Source of the DNA: a virus
Reading direction: 5' to 3' (one strand)
Virus record (IMG/VR): IMGVR_UViG_3300045988_025591
Location: 1 to 37,955 of that record
Length of the DNA: 37,955 bases
Below are positions 1 through 8,915 of this stretch, piece by piece. A program made the translations under genes and the position numbers. The notes beneath the pieces were generated by a model. It was not told where the DNA came from and searched no databases. It saw nothing but the letters and a program-made list of their open reading frames with translations. Positions within the stretch are counted from its first letter, which is position 1. Every line of letters starts with the position of its first letter.

Positions 1-364
1 GTATGATTTTATCGCAGATAAGAATCCGACGGAATCATTAAAGAGTTATTCACCTCAGATTTCACAAGATTTAACAATGATTAAAGGTGAAGATGACTTT
101 GAATATATTTACGAACAGATGATGAAATCCGTACCAAACAATGAAGAAGTAAATACAAAAGCTTTACTTGTATTCATGTTTGATGGGGACAAGACTAAAG
201 GTTATAAAGCGTGGGAAGTGGACGCTAAATTGATTTTCGACACATTGAGCGGTGTCGATTCAAAAATCAACTTCAACATTAACTTTGCAAGCGATATTCG
301 TGTCGGAATTGCAAAGGTAGCAGATGGAACAGTTACATTCACAGAAGGCACATCAGAAGTATAA
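1..364 (+). CDS. major tail protein, 3' part (5' part is 37694..37955; the gene spans the circular junction)
   Basis: The frame of track ORF 77..364 stays open back to base 2. Bases 1-119 duplicate 37837-37955, which joins this ORF in frame to the SD-preceded ATA at 37694 (168 codons in total). It lies between the head-tail joining genes and the tail chaperones and tape measure. Confidence 0.7.
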   Translation, partial: YDFIADKNPTESLKSYSPQISQDLTMIKGEDDFEYIYEQMMKSVPNNEEVNTKALLVFMFDGDKTKGYKAWEVDAKLIFDTLSGVDSKINFNINFASDIRVGIAKVADGTVTFTEGTSEV

Positions 365-381
365 GAAAGAAGAGGTAAATC

Positions 382-744
382 ATGAATAGAATCACGTATG
401 AAGGGAAACAGTATGAAATCCCACCTAAGACAATTGATGTATTAAAAGCAGAGGACGCTTGTAACGCATTTCACGCTACACATGAAGAAGCATATCGAGC
501 TAAATTCGATTATCTGAAAACAGTATTAACAGATGAACAACTAGAAAGCATGTTAGGAAGTGCAGACTTTGAACAAGTGGATTTAATGGAAGTGTTATAT
601 ATTGCGAATTTAATTGATGAAGAATATTCAAGAAGAACAGATGAACAAGTAATGAAGAGAGCTAGAACATTAATGAACGATAAAACAATCAAAAGCTTAA
701 TTGATGCAAGCAATGCAGTTTCAAAGGTTACGGAAAATAAATGA
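382..744 (+). CDS. tail assembly chaperone (gpG-like, assigned by position)
   Basis: ATG follows GAGG with a 7-nt spacer. A small acidic protein sits directly between the major tail protein and the tape measure region. The stop overlaps the next start (ATGA). Confidence 0.55.
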   Translation: MNRITYEGKQYEIPPKTIDVLKAEDACNAFHATHEEAYRAKFDYLKTVLTDEQLESMLGSADFEQVDLMEVLYIANLIDEEYSRRTDEQVMKRARTLMNDKTIKSLIDASNAVSKVTENK

Positions 745-1304
745 TTGATTTACGGGCAAAGGGCTTGCCAAATAGCATACAATCGCTAGATGGCGAGCCT
801 ATTTTATTAAATACAGATTTTCGGTTGTGGATTCGCTTCTATGAAGAATTTGAAAGATTCAATAATCATGTTATTGATGAAATAGATTGTTCTTATTTAT
901 TCGTAGATGAACCACCTATCATAGATAAGCATATTTTAAAAGAGCTAAAACGTTTCTTATATAACCCTTCTAGTACGCCTAGAAGTGATTCTACAGGCGC
1001 TAAGACATTAGACTATGTACAAGATGGTGAATATATTTATTCGGCTTTTATGCAACTTTACGGAATTGATTTAACCGAATGTGATATGCATTGGCATAAG
1101 TTCTTAGCATTGGCGAATAATATCGTTGGTGATTCTACATTGTGGGGATATGCAAAAAGCGTTAGGGGATATGAAAAACCTTCAAAGAATGATACACAAG
1201 ATAAAGCATATCAAAGAGCAAAAGAAGCGTGGTCTTTACCAATCGAGTTAACAATAGAGGAACAAGAAATGAAAGATGAATTTGATTCATATTTTGATGT
1301 TTAG
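741..1304 (+). CDS. tail assembly protein, Phage_Gp15-like (assigned by position)
   Basis: The ATGA overlap with the upstream ORF suggests translational coupling. The 187-aa protein lies immediately upstream of the tape measure, as in A118/Sfi11-type siphoviruses. Confidence 0.5.
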   Translation: MIDLRAKGLPNSIQSLDGEPILLNTDFRLWIRFYEEFERFNNHVIDEIDCSYLFVDEPPIIDKHILKELKRFLYNPSSTPRSDSTGAKTLDYVQDGEYIYSAFMQLYGIDLTECDMHWHKFLALANNIVGDSTLWGYAKSVRGYEKPSKNDTQDKAYQRAKEAWSLPIELTIEEQEMKDEFDSYFDV

Positions 1305-1324
1305 AAAAGGAGGTGGCAAATTGA

Positions 1325-3904
1325 ATATCAGATGGAACATTAAAGTTTGATACCAAGATTGATACAAGTGGTCTAGAGAATGGAATGAAATCCGTTCATG
1401 TAGTCACAAGTGGAGCTACAAATGCTATTAAAGAAACTTCAAAAGCGATTGATAAGCTAGGCTCTGATGGTTCAAAAGCACCACCAAAAATTAAAGATAA
1501 ACTTAAAGATTTAAACGAAGAGCAAAAGAATACACAAACAGAAACACAAGAAACGGGTTCAAAGTTTGATGTATTTAAGCAGATTGGAAGCAGTGCCTTA
1601 GAATCAATTCAAGGTGGATTTGATGGACTATTAGGAAAGATTCAGAATATTAGTCCGGAAGCTACTGCAATCACAGAAACATTAACAGGATTAGGCGTTG
1701 GAGGTGTCGTTGGTGTTACCGCCTTAGCCGGAGCTATTGGTGGAATGGCATTAGCAATTAAAACAGGTGTTAATCAAGCTATGGAACTAGATGACGCTAT
1801 GGCTAAATTCCAAGCTCAAACAGGTGCTTCAAGCAGTGAAATGAATAAATTTAAAAACATTGCTCGTGATGTTTGGTCTAATAATTTCGGTTCAGATGTT
1901 TCAGATGTTGCCGATATGATGGGCAGAGTCAAGCAACAAATGCAAGGCATAAGTGATGTTGATTTAAAGAATGTTACAGAAGACTTGATTACATTAAGAG
2001 ACGTTTACGGCATGGACGAGAACGAGACTCTTAGAGGTGCGAAACAATTAATGGAACAGTTTGGAATCAGTTCCGAAAAAGCTTTCGACCTTATGGCTAA
2101 AGGTGCTCAGAATGGTTTGGATTATTCCGGTGAATTAGGAGACAATATCGCAGAATATGCCGGTAAATTTGCACAAGCAGGATATTCGGCAGAAGAATAT
2201 TTCCAAACTATGACAAATGGTGTAAAAGGTGGTTCTTATAACCTTGATAAAATGCAAGACGCAGTAAATGAAATTACTACACGAATGTCAGACGGAACTA
2301 TTGAAGGAGCATTAGATAGTTTCAATGATAAGACAAAAGAAGTTTTTCAAGCATATAAAGAAGGTGGAGCAACACAAAAAGATGTGCAAGACGCAATCGT
2401 CCAAGATATTAAAGAAACAACAAATCAACAAGAAGCGTTAAATAAAGCAAGTATTGCATTTGGCACAATGGGAGAAGATTTCAACCTTAAGTTTATTACA
2501 TCCTTATCATCTGTAGGTGATGAATATAACAATGTAGCTGGAACAATGGATAAAGTTAAAGAAATCGCAAATGGTGGCTTAAAGAACGCTTTAAGCGGTT
2601 TAGGACGTGCGTTTCTTGATTCATTCACCCCAATAGGTGAAGCAATTACTCCTATACTTGCAGGAATTGTAGGACTTATAACAGTAGCTATACAAGGTAT
2701 TCAACAAGGATTTGCAAAGATTGGTGATGTAATTTCAAGTGTATTAAGTAAGATTGATACAAGTGGAATTACAGAATTGACAAGTCAAGTTTCTAAAGTA
2801 TTAGCTCCTGCGTTTAAAGAAGTTAAAAAAGCTATTGATGAAATGAAATCGGCTCTTGAACCTATTGCAAAAGATATATTAAGCAAGATTATTGAAGTCA
2901 TTCAAAACATTGTGAATCAAGCACAAAAGATTATTACCGTAGTAGGACCACCGATATTTTCTGTTTTAAAGAAAATCATTTCAACAGTTTCGGAATTTAT
3001 GCCTTTAATCACATCTATATTGACTATTGTCGGAAGTGTTGTAAGTGGAGTCATTTCATTTATAAATATGGTAGTCACATATACCGGAACGGCAATTGCA
3101 ACGGCAATGGGATTTATCACGCCTATCGTTCAAATCATTTCTACGATTGTAGCAAATATTTGGTCGCTTATCTTAACAGTATTAACAAATATATGGAGTA
3201 AGATTAGTGAAGTTGTAACGGCAATCATTGGATTCGTAAGCAATTTATTTAAGACGGTTACGGATATCATAAACAATATTTGGAGTAAGATTCAAGATAC
3301 AATGAACAGAGTTGGAGATAAAGTAAAAGGTGTTATTGATAATATCAATAAATATTTCAATAATATCAAATCTACGGTTTCAGATGTATTTAATGGAATT
3401 TGGACCAAGATTCAAGGCGTAATGGATAAGGTAGGAAATAAGGTATCCGGAGTGTTAGAAGGAATTAAAAACTCATGGGATGGATTAAAAGCATTTACAA
3501 GTGGTGTATTTAGTGGAATTGAAAGTGCTTGTAACAGTTTAGTTTCTAGTGTCAAAGGTTTCGTAAATGGAGTTATAGGTGGAATTAATGGTGCAATCAG
3601 TATCATCAATAAGATTCCGGGAGTTCACATTGGCAAAATTCCAAGACTAGAACGTGGTGGTGTATTGAAACGTGGTCAGATTGGTTTATTGGAAGGTAAC
3701 GGAGCAGAAGCAGTCGTACCATTAGAAAAAAATAAAGCATGGATTCGTGCCGTGGCAAAAGATATGGCTCAAATCATGCCTAGCGTTACAACGAATAACA
3801 ATGGACAGACTATTAACTTCTACAATAAGGCTCAAAGTCCGGATGAAATCGCTAGAATGTTACGTATGCAAGCAAGATATGGATATGGAGGTGTAGTTCA
3901 ATAG
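1325..3904 (+). CDS. tail tape measure protein (ATA start proposed)
   Basis: Largest ORF in the window, with a Gly/Ala-rich membrane-like segment and long helical repeats. ATA at 1325 is the first codon after an in-frame TGA and lies 8 nt after GGAGGTGG (1309-1316). It adds ISDGTLKFDTKIDTSGLENG, a typical tape-measure N-terminus. The track ATG at 1385 has no good SD. Confidence 0.85.
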   Translation: MSDGTLKFDTKIDTSGLENGMKSVHVVTSGATNAIKETSKAIDKLGSDGSKAPPKIKDKLKDLNEEQKNTQTETQETGSKFDVFKQIGSSALESIQGGFDGLLGKIQNISPEATAITETLTGLGVGGVVGVTALAGAIGGMALAIKTGVNQAMELDDAMAKFQAQTGASSSEMNKFKNIARDVWSNNFGSDVSDVADMMGRVKQQMQGISDVDLKNVTEDLITLRDVYGMDENETLRGAKQLMEQFGISSEKAFDLMAKGAQNGLDYSGELGDNIAEYAGKFAQAGYSAEEYFQTMTNGVKGGSYNLDKMQDAVNEITTRMSDGTIEGALDSFNDKTKEVFQAYKEGGATQKDVQDAIVQDIKETTNQQEALNKASIAFGTMGEDFNLKFITSLSSVGDEYNNVAGTMDKVKEIANGGLKNALSGLGRAFLDSFTPIGEAITPILAGIVGLITVAIQGIQQGFAKIGDVISSVLSKIDTSGITELTSQVSKVLAPAFKEVKKAIDEMKSALEPIAKDILSKIIEVIQNIVNQAQKIITVVGPPIFSVLKKIISTVSEFMPLITSILTIVGSVVSGVISFINMVVTYTGTAIATAMGFITPIVQIISTIVANIWSLILTVLTNIWSKISEVVTAIIGFVSNLFKTVTDIINNIWSKIQDTMNRVGDKVKGVIDNINKYFNNIKSTVSDVFNGIWTKIQGVMDKVGNKVSGVLEGIKNSWDGLKAFTSGVFSGIESACNSLVSSVKGFVNGVIGGINGAISIINKIPGVHIGKIPRLERGGVLKRGQIGLLEGNGAEAVVPLEKNKAWIRAVAKDMAQIMPSVTTNNNGQTINFYNKAQSPDEIARMLRMQARYGYGGVVQ

Positions 3905-4770
3905 ATATCAATAAGGTAAGAGTTATCGTCCGTAGGGATGATGGCAAAGAATTTGAAATTGATAACAAAAGATGGAGAATACCGTCTAGTGATGGTTTAG
4001 ATGGGTTCGACTATGTAGCACCTTCATATACAACCCAAGACAATGCATTCGGAAATGGTGCTAGATTAATCGGTTCACGTATTCCAACGAAAGAAAGAAG
4101 CGTGAAAGCTACCTTTAAAGGCTCATTAGAAGAAAAAAGAGAAGAAAGGGAGAAGCTACGGCGCTTCTTCCAATATTCTCATATGTTTGATGTGATAGTT
4201 GAATATATGGGAGAAAAGAAATATTGCAGAGGTCGTTTATATGCGTATAGCTTGCCTACTGTTAACATCTACAAAGATTTAGAGCTTAACTTTACAATAT
4301 TATGCACACAACCTTTATTGCTTTCATTTGATGATTTTGCAAGGAATATTGCAGAAATTGGTGAAGGTTTAGCATTCAATTTTGAAATACCGGAAACAGG
4401 TGTGAACTTTGGAACATTTACATTCGCTAGAGAAATCTATATTGATAATCAAGGCGATACAGAAACATACTGTAAAGCCGTTATTGAAGCGTTTGGAGAG
4501 GTAACAAATCCGAAATTATTCAATAAAGATAAATATATTCGTGTATTAGATACATTGCACAATGGGGATGTATTAGAAATTGATTTAGTTTCTGAGCCTA
4601 TTTCGATAAAAAAGAATGGTGTGAATTGTATCGGTAAAGTTGACAGGACTTCATCATTCAATGATATGACGATTCAGTTAGGTGAGAATATCATAGGATA
4701 TACGGCAGACAGTGGAGACACTAACCTAGCTTGCACTGTTTACTATAATGAAAGGTATTTAGGTTTATAG
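3901..4770 (+). CDS. distal tail protein (Dit) (ATA start)
   Basis: The frame is open from 3901 and has no ATG/GTG/TTG before the track GTG at 4102. The 67 extra codons (IDINKVRVIVRRDDGKEFEIDNKRWRIPSSDGLDGF...) look like a Dit/phage-tail-family N-terminus. GGAGG lies at 3887-3891, 9 nt upstream. The ATA overlaps the tape measure TAG stop (ATAG). Confidence 0.8.
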   Translation: MDINKVRVIVRRDDGKEFEIDNKRWRIPSSDGLDGFDYVAPSYTTQDNAFGNGARLIGSRIPTKERSVKATFKGSLEEKREEREKLRRFFQYSHMFDVIVEYMGEKKYCRGRLYAYSLPTVNIYKDLELNFTILCTQPLLLSFDDFARNIAEIGEGLAFNFEIPETGVNFGTFTFAREIYIDNQGDTETYCKAVIEAFGEVTNPKLFNKDKYIRVLDTLHNGDVLEIDLVSEPISIKKNGVNCIGKVDRTSSFNDMTIQLGENIIGYTADSGDTNLACTVYYNERYLGL

Positions 4771-4771
4771 T

Positions 4772-5785
4772 ATGTCGTATTTTGGATTAGATAAGAATTT
4801 CAATATCGTGACACATCTAGCGCCTTATAACGTGCAGTGGAATCGGCGATATTATGAGACAGGAGATTTCGAGATTTATATTGATATAGGGCAGTATTCA
4901 AAAGATATCAAATACATTTATTCGACTGAGGATAAAGAGTTAGGAATCGTAGATATACCACACTATTCGGTTTCAAATAACACGAAACAAATGTTGCTAA
5001 AAGGCTCTTTCTTTGAAAAGATTCTAGCAGATGATTGTATTTATCCTACGTTCTCAAGCAGTGGAAAAATTGTTGATGTAGTCAAAAAGCTATTAGACAA
5101 GTATTGCTCATGGAAAATGGGGTATAGATATGATGAATCCATCACCGATAGAGTAGACTTTCAAGAAACAGGAGCAAACCTTGATACAAAGCTTTATGAG
5201 TTGTTATATCCGTTAGAATTGTCTTTCCGTATAGAATATGACTATGTATCAAGTACGTTCACATTCGTGTTGTATCGTGGACGTGATTTAACGCAGAACA
5301 ACGCAGACGGAAACAACTTTGTTACTTTCTCAACAGAGTTTGGAAACATTGAAGAACCGGACGTTATGATTGATTCTAGTAAATACAAGAACTATGCAAT
5401 AATTTGTGGTGAAGGACAGTCAGAAGAGCGTATTTATGTAGAATATGACGCTAGAATAGATAAGAATGAAAGAATCAAAAAGTTGTTCGTAGACGCACGT
5501 TCTGAGCGCATGGGGGATGATATTACACTTGATGAATATAAAAAGGTACTTGTTCAAAAAGGAATTGAAAAACTAGCAGATTGTCAAATTAAAGAGAATG
5601 TGAATTTCGGATTGAATACTGATTCATACGAATACAAGGTTGATTATGATTTAGGTGATAAGGTGGATGTGATTGTCTCAGAAATTGGTTTAGTAATGAC
5701 GGCAAGAATTAGAAATATATTCGAGGTTATTAAAAATGGATACCGAACCTTAGAATTAGAGGTTGATAATTTAAAAATCATGTAA
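4772..5785 (+). CDS. tail-associated/baseplate protein, siphovirus Gp37-like (Tal position)
   Basis: The N-terminus (YNVQWNRRYYETGDFEIYI) resembles the siphovirus Gp37-like family. It lies directly after Dit. Confidence 0.6.
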   Translation: MSYFGLDKNFNIVTHLAPYNVQWNRRYYETGDFEIYIDIGQYSKDIKYIYSTEDKELGIVDIPHYSVSNNTKQMLLKGSFFEKILADDCIYPTFSSSGKIVDVVKKLLDKYCSWKMGYRYDESITDRVDFQETGANLDTKLYELLYPLELSFRIEYDYVSSTFTFVLYRGRDLTQNNADGNNFVTFSTEFGNIEEPDVMIDSSKYKNYAIICGEGQSEERIYVEYDARIDKNERIKKLFVDARSERMGDDITLDEYKKVLVQKGIEKLADCQIKENVNFGLNTDSYEYKVDYDLGDKVDVIVSEIGLVMTARIRNIFEVIKNGYRTLELEVDNLKIM

Positions 5786-5797
5786 GGAGTGAATTTA

Positions 5798-6304
5798 ATA
5801 GAAAAGAACAATGGAGGATTTAAACAAATAACAAGAAGTATGTATTTTCTAGACAAGATGAATGCAATGGGCGGTGTAGCCGTTGCCGTATTAACATACG
5901 TATTAGGTGAGCATTGGTATTTATTTGCGTTCTTCTTATTTGTGAATGTAGTTGATTATATTACAGGGTGCATGAAGTCGGCGATTAATCACAAAATCAA
6001 TAGCAATAAAGGATGGATTGGAGTCCTAAAAAAGCTAGGCTATTGGATTATGATTGTCGTAGCGTTCACATTCAGTGCATTCTTGGTAGAGATTGGAAAA
6101 ATGCTAGGAATTGATTTCCATGTAACCACATTATTAGGATGGTTTGTGTTAGCTTCTTTGTGCATTAATGAAGTGCGTAGCATCATTGAGAACCTTGTAC
6201 AATGTGGATATAGCGTACCTAACGTATTAACTAAAGGACTAGAAGTGGCAGATAAACTCATTAACGAAGAACAAGACAATGACGAATCAAGTACCTTGGA
6301 ATAA
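5798..6304 (+). CDS. holin, phage_holin_4_1 / TcdE-like family (ATA start proposed)
   Basis: Several TM helices and the family motif (VDYITGCMKSAINHKINSNKGWIGVLKKLGYW). AAGGAG lies at 5784-5789 followed by an 8-nt spacer and ATAG. The track GTG at 5789 abuts the SD with zero spacing. Confidence 0.8.
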   Translation: MEKNNGGFKQITRSMYFLDKMNAMGGVAVAVLTYVLGEHWYLFAFFLFVNVVDYITGCMKSAINHKINSNKGWIGVLKKLGYWIMIVVAFTFSAFLVEIGKMLGIDFHVTTLLGWFVLASLCINEVRSIIENLVQCGYSVPNVLTKGLEVADKLINEEQDNDESSTLE

Positions 6305-6545
6305 GATTATTCTTGAAGAATTTATTAATCTTGCTTTATTAACTAAAGATGAAGAAATGATTTTAAGAACTAGAATATATGGATGGACAGTTAGAGAACA
6401 AGCCGATAAATTGAATATGAGTGTTTCAAGTGTGAATAGAATCATCAAAAAAATAAAGACCAAGTATGATGAAGTAGAGAAGTATAGCGCAGTTTTACCA
6501 CCAAGAAAAAGCAGTGAAAAAGAAACGTATCTAGATGAGAATTAA
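6279..6545 (+). CDS. small sigma-70 region-4-like HTH protein
   Basis: LTKDEEMILRTRIYGWTVREQADKLNMSVSSVNRIIKKIK matches the region-4/LuxR-type HTH pattern. It overlaps the holin 3' end and is followed by a strong terminator. Confidence 0.55.
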   Translation: MTNQVPWNKIILEEFINLALLTKDEEMILRTRIYGWTVREQADKLNMSVSSVNRIIKKIKTKYDEVEKYSAVLPPRKSSEKETYLDEN

Positions 6546-6569
6546 GAGGTTGAAAAGCCTCTTTTTTTT
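6544..6569 (+). terminator. rho-independent terminator
   Basis: AAGAGGTT-GAAA-AGCCTCTT forms an 8-bp stem (one G.U pair) with a GAAA tetraloop, followed by T8. Confidence 0.75.
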
Positions 6570-6647
6570 GATATTAATTTGACATTAATGTGGAAACAAA
6601 CTGAGATTGATAATGAATATAATTAGGAGTGTAAAGAGGTGAGCGAA

Positions 6648-7073
6648 ATGTATAATCCAATTAATGACAGAATTAACAATTTAATGAATCAAAAACAGAT
6701 GATTGAATCACAATTACAGACAATTCAACAAATGGCAAATATTCCACCTATTAATATTAACAACCAAATCACGCCTAACATGGCATTAAATGATTTTAAC
6801 GGAAAATGGGTCAATAATGAACAAGAAGCAAGGAATATGATGGTGAATGGTTTGCCTAGTATTATGCTAGATAGAAATGATTCAGTATTCTATATGAAGT
6901 CATTAGACGGCAGTTTCAAAAAATACAGATTCCAAGAAGAAACAAAACCGAAGAAAGATGGCATAGAACAACGCTTAGACAAGCTAGAAGCTATGATATT
7001 AGGTCTAACAAACGGAAGTAATATAAATACAAGGGCAGAGGAAGAAACGCCTAGAAAGGAGCTTAAAGCGTGA
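6648..7073 (+). CDS. hypothetical Q/N-rich protein (cargo island)
   Basis: ATG lies 6 nt after GAGGTG. The track GTG at 6639 is an alternative start. I recognise no family. Confidence 0.5.
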   Translation: MYNPINDRINNLMNQKQMIESQLQTIQQMANIPPININNQITPNMALNDFNGKWVNNEQEARNMMVNGLPSIMLDRNDSVFYMKSLDGSFKKYRFQEETKPKKDGIEQRLDKLEAMILGLTNGSNINTRAEEETPRKELKA

Positions 7074-7279
7074 ATCCTTTAATGAATATGATGAACCCTC
7101 AACAAATGTTGTTAGGGATGTTACAACAAAGAAATCCACAAGCATTTAATCAAGTTCAACAATTAATGCAATGTGGGCAGAATCCCCAAGTATTATTGAA
7201 TAATATGATGGGGCAACTATCGCCACAACAGAAACAACAATTTGAATCAGTGGCTAGTCAATATGGGCTAAAACGCTAA
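7070..7279 (+). CDS. hypothetical Q/M/N-rich small protein
   Basis: GTG lies 8 nt after AAGGAG and overlaps the upstream TGA (GTGA). The protein has low-complexity NPQ/QQ repeats. Confidence 0.5.
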   Translation: MNPLMNMMNPQQMLLGMLQQRNPQAFNQVQQLMQCGQNPQVLLNNMMGQLSPQQKQQFESVASQYGLKR

Positions 7280-7303
7280 TTGCGTTGAAAGGAGGAAATA
7301 TAA

Positions 7304-7915
7304 ATGGAAAGCATGAATGGTATTCAACCAATGTACGATTTAGCAGACAGAAACAACAATGAATTTGGTGGAGGATATTGGATTTGGATTATCCTTTTAT
7401 TCTTGCTATTTGGTGGAAATTGGGGTAACAATGGAAACCTACAGAATGATGAATTAATGAATCAAGAATTTATTAAGCGTGATTTATTCAACACAAATCA
7501 GAATGTATCTAGCCAAGGCTATCAAAATTCAAGAGATATTCTAGAAAGCCGATACACAACTCAATTAGGTTTGCAGAATCTAGGACAACAGAATCAAGAA
7601 TGTTGTTGTGCAACGCAAAGAGCGATTGATGGAGTAAACGCACAAAGTTTTAAAAACACGTGTGATATTACCACTGCAATCCGCTCAGAAGGTGAAGCGA
7701 CAAGAGCATTGATTAATGCTAACACAATGCAAGAATTGCGTGATAAATTAGCAGACAGAGACCGAGATTTATTGACTGCAAACTTCCAATTAAGCCAACA
7801 GGCACAATCTGCAAATATCATCAATACATTGCAACCAACGCCAAAACCTGCATATCTTACTTGCTCACCTTATTATGCATACAATATGACAGGATGTGGA
7901 TGTAACCAAATCTAG
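7304..7915 (+). CDS. hypothetical membrane-anchored Cys-rich protein
   Basis: AGGAGG precedes the ATG. The N-terminal GGGYWIWIILLFLLFGGNWG segment is reminiscent of YjcZ-type small sporulation proteins. It also has a CCC motif and a C-terminal GCGC motif. Confidence 0.5.
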   Translation: MESMNGIQPMYDLADRNNNEFGGGYWIWIILLFLLFGGNWGNNGNLQNDELMNQEFIKRDLFNTNQNVSSQGYQNSRDILESRYTTQLGLQNLGQQNQECCCATQRAIDGVNAQSFKNTCDITTAIRSEGEATRALINANTMQELRDKLADRDRDLLTANFQLSQQAQSANIINTLQPTPKPAYLTCSPYYAYNMTGCGCNQI

Positions 7916-7999
7916 CTCGAAAGAGATTAGGCAATAGCCTTTGGATTATAGGGTAGTCGAAAGGCTACCCATTTATTTTATATACAGGAGGAAAAGAAA

Positions 8000-8419
8000 A
8001 TGATTAATAGTATAGCAACGGCAGTACAGACAGTAACAAATGGACAAAATGTATTATTTCCAACGGATAGGGTAAGAACGAAATCATGTCAATGTGCTTG
8101 TAAAGGTTGGCTCGCTCATGATGTAGGAAGTGGATTGTTTACGTTAACAAAACAAGGAATCTATGAGGTAGAATATACGGCAGATATTACAAGCGCAACA
8201 GTAGGAGTAGCTTCTTTAGAGTTAGAACAGAATGGAGAAATTGTAGGCGGAACACAATCTTTATATAATGTAGCTACTGCAAGCACATACGGAAATGTAA
8301 GTGGAGCTACACTGATTCAAGTACCTTGTGGAGCTTCTTATACAATTACATTAGGCAATAACAGTGGCTTAGATTTATCTGTTCAGAATGCGAATATCAT
8401 CATTAAAAAGTTAGCGTAG
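8000..8419 (+). CDS. BclA C-terminal-domain-like (C1q/TNF-like jelly roll) protein without a collagen region
   Basis: AGGAGG precedes the ATG. GIYEVEYTADIT, LELEQNGEIVGGT and the C-terminal NANIIIKKLA parallel the BclA C-terminal segments (FYKITVIANTA, LTIQVNGVPVPGT, SASIIIEKVA) as I recall them. Confidence 0.55.
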   Translation: MINSIATAVQTVTNGQNVLFPTDRVRTKSCQCACKGWLAHDVGSGLFTLTKQGIYEVEYTADITSATVGVASLELEQNGEIVGGTQSLYNVATASTYGNVSGATLIQVPCGASYTITLGNNSGLDLSVQNANIIIKKLA

Positions 8420-8426
8420 GTGTATC

Positions 8427-8864
8427 ATGCAAGAGGTTAGAAAAAGGAATCTAGACCTCTTAACGGAAGCAATGAGAGGACTAGAAAAAGGATACAATGA
8501 TTTAGACTTTAGAGTTATGAGCCAAGTTTTAGACAATATCAAAGATATTGATACAATACTAGCTATGAGTGATGGAAGAACGGCTATAAACGCATTAAGA
8601 ACAAATGATACAGATATCGAAGGAACAGAAATTGATGATAATATCGCATTGATGAATAGCCATTTTAGAAAATACATAGAAGCAAAAAAAGAATATCGAA
8701 AAGATAACAATGAAATTGATAAGCGAAATTCTATTCGTGAATTGGAAGCTTTCTTAAGCGCTATGTATGGAATTTTAGAAGAAATGAAAACGTCTAGTGA
8801 TTTTCAAGAAGAAAGAGAAATGGTAAGAGATAAATTAAGAGAAATGTTCTCTGTATATCAGTAA
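8427..8864 (+). CDS. hypothetical helical protein
   Basis: A clean ORF, last gene of the island, followed by a strong hairpin. Confidence 0.5.
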   Translation: MQEVRKRNLDLLTEAMRGLEKGYNDLDFRVMSQVLDNIKDIDTILAMSDGRTAINALRTNDTDIEGTEIDDNIALMNSHFRKYIEAKKEYRKDNNEIDKRNSIRELEAFLSAMYGILEEMKTSSDFQEEREMVRDKLREMFSVYQ

Positions 8865-8870
8865 AAAAAA

Positions 8871-8914
8871 CCTCTTTTATGTGCTATAATTGGCATATAA
8901 AGGAGGATTTTTTT
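8871..8914 (+). terminator. terminator-like hairpin whose 3' arm contains the endolysin SD
   Basis: A 14-bp stem pairs 8871-8884 with 8893-8906 (two G.U pairs), closing an 8-nt loop. It is flanked by A8 upstream and T7 downstream (8908-8914). The 3' arm includes AGGAGG (8901-8906). Confidence 0.65.
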
Positions 8915-8915
8915 A

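Noticed and set aside
382-1304. Programmed -1 frameshift joining the two tail chaperone ORFs (gpG/gpGT style).
   Set aside because: The second ORF is in the -1 frame, but that frame has a TAA at 738-740 immediately before its ATG (741). I saw no X XXY YYZ slippery heptamer near the end of the first ORF. An ATGA-coupled independent start fits better.
3901-3904. The recurring ATAG at gene junctions first suggested TAG read-through or stop-codon reassignment.
   Set aside because: Reading through the TAG gives another stop within a few codons (for example TAG ATA TCA ATA AGG TAA after the tape measure). The downstream genes are mostly in a different frame. TAA, TGA and TAG all terminate well-formed genes elsewhere. 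The pattern is explained by ATA starts overlapping TAG stops.
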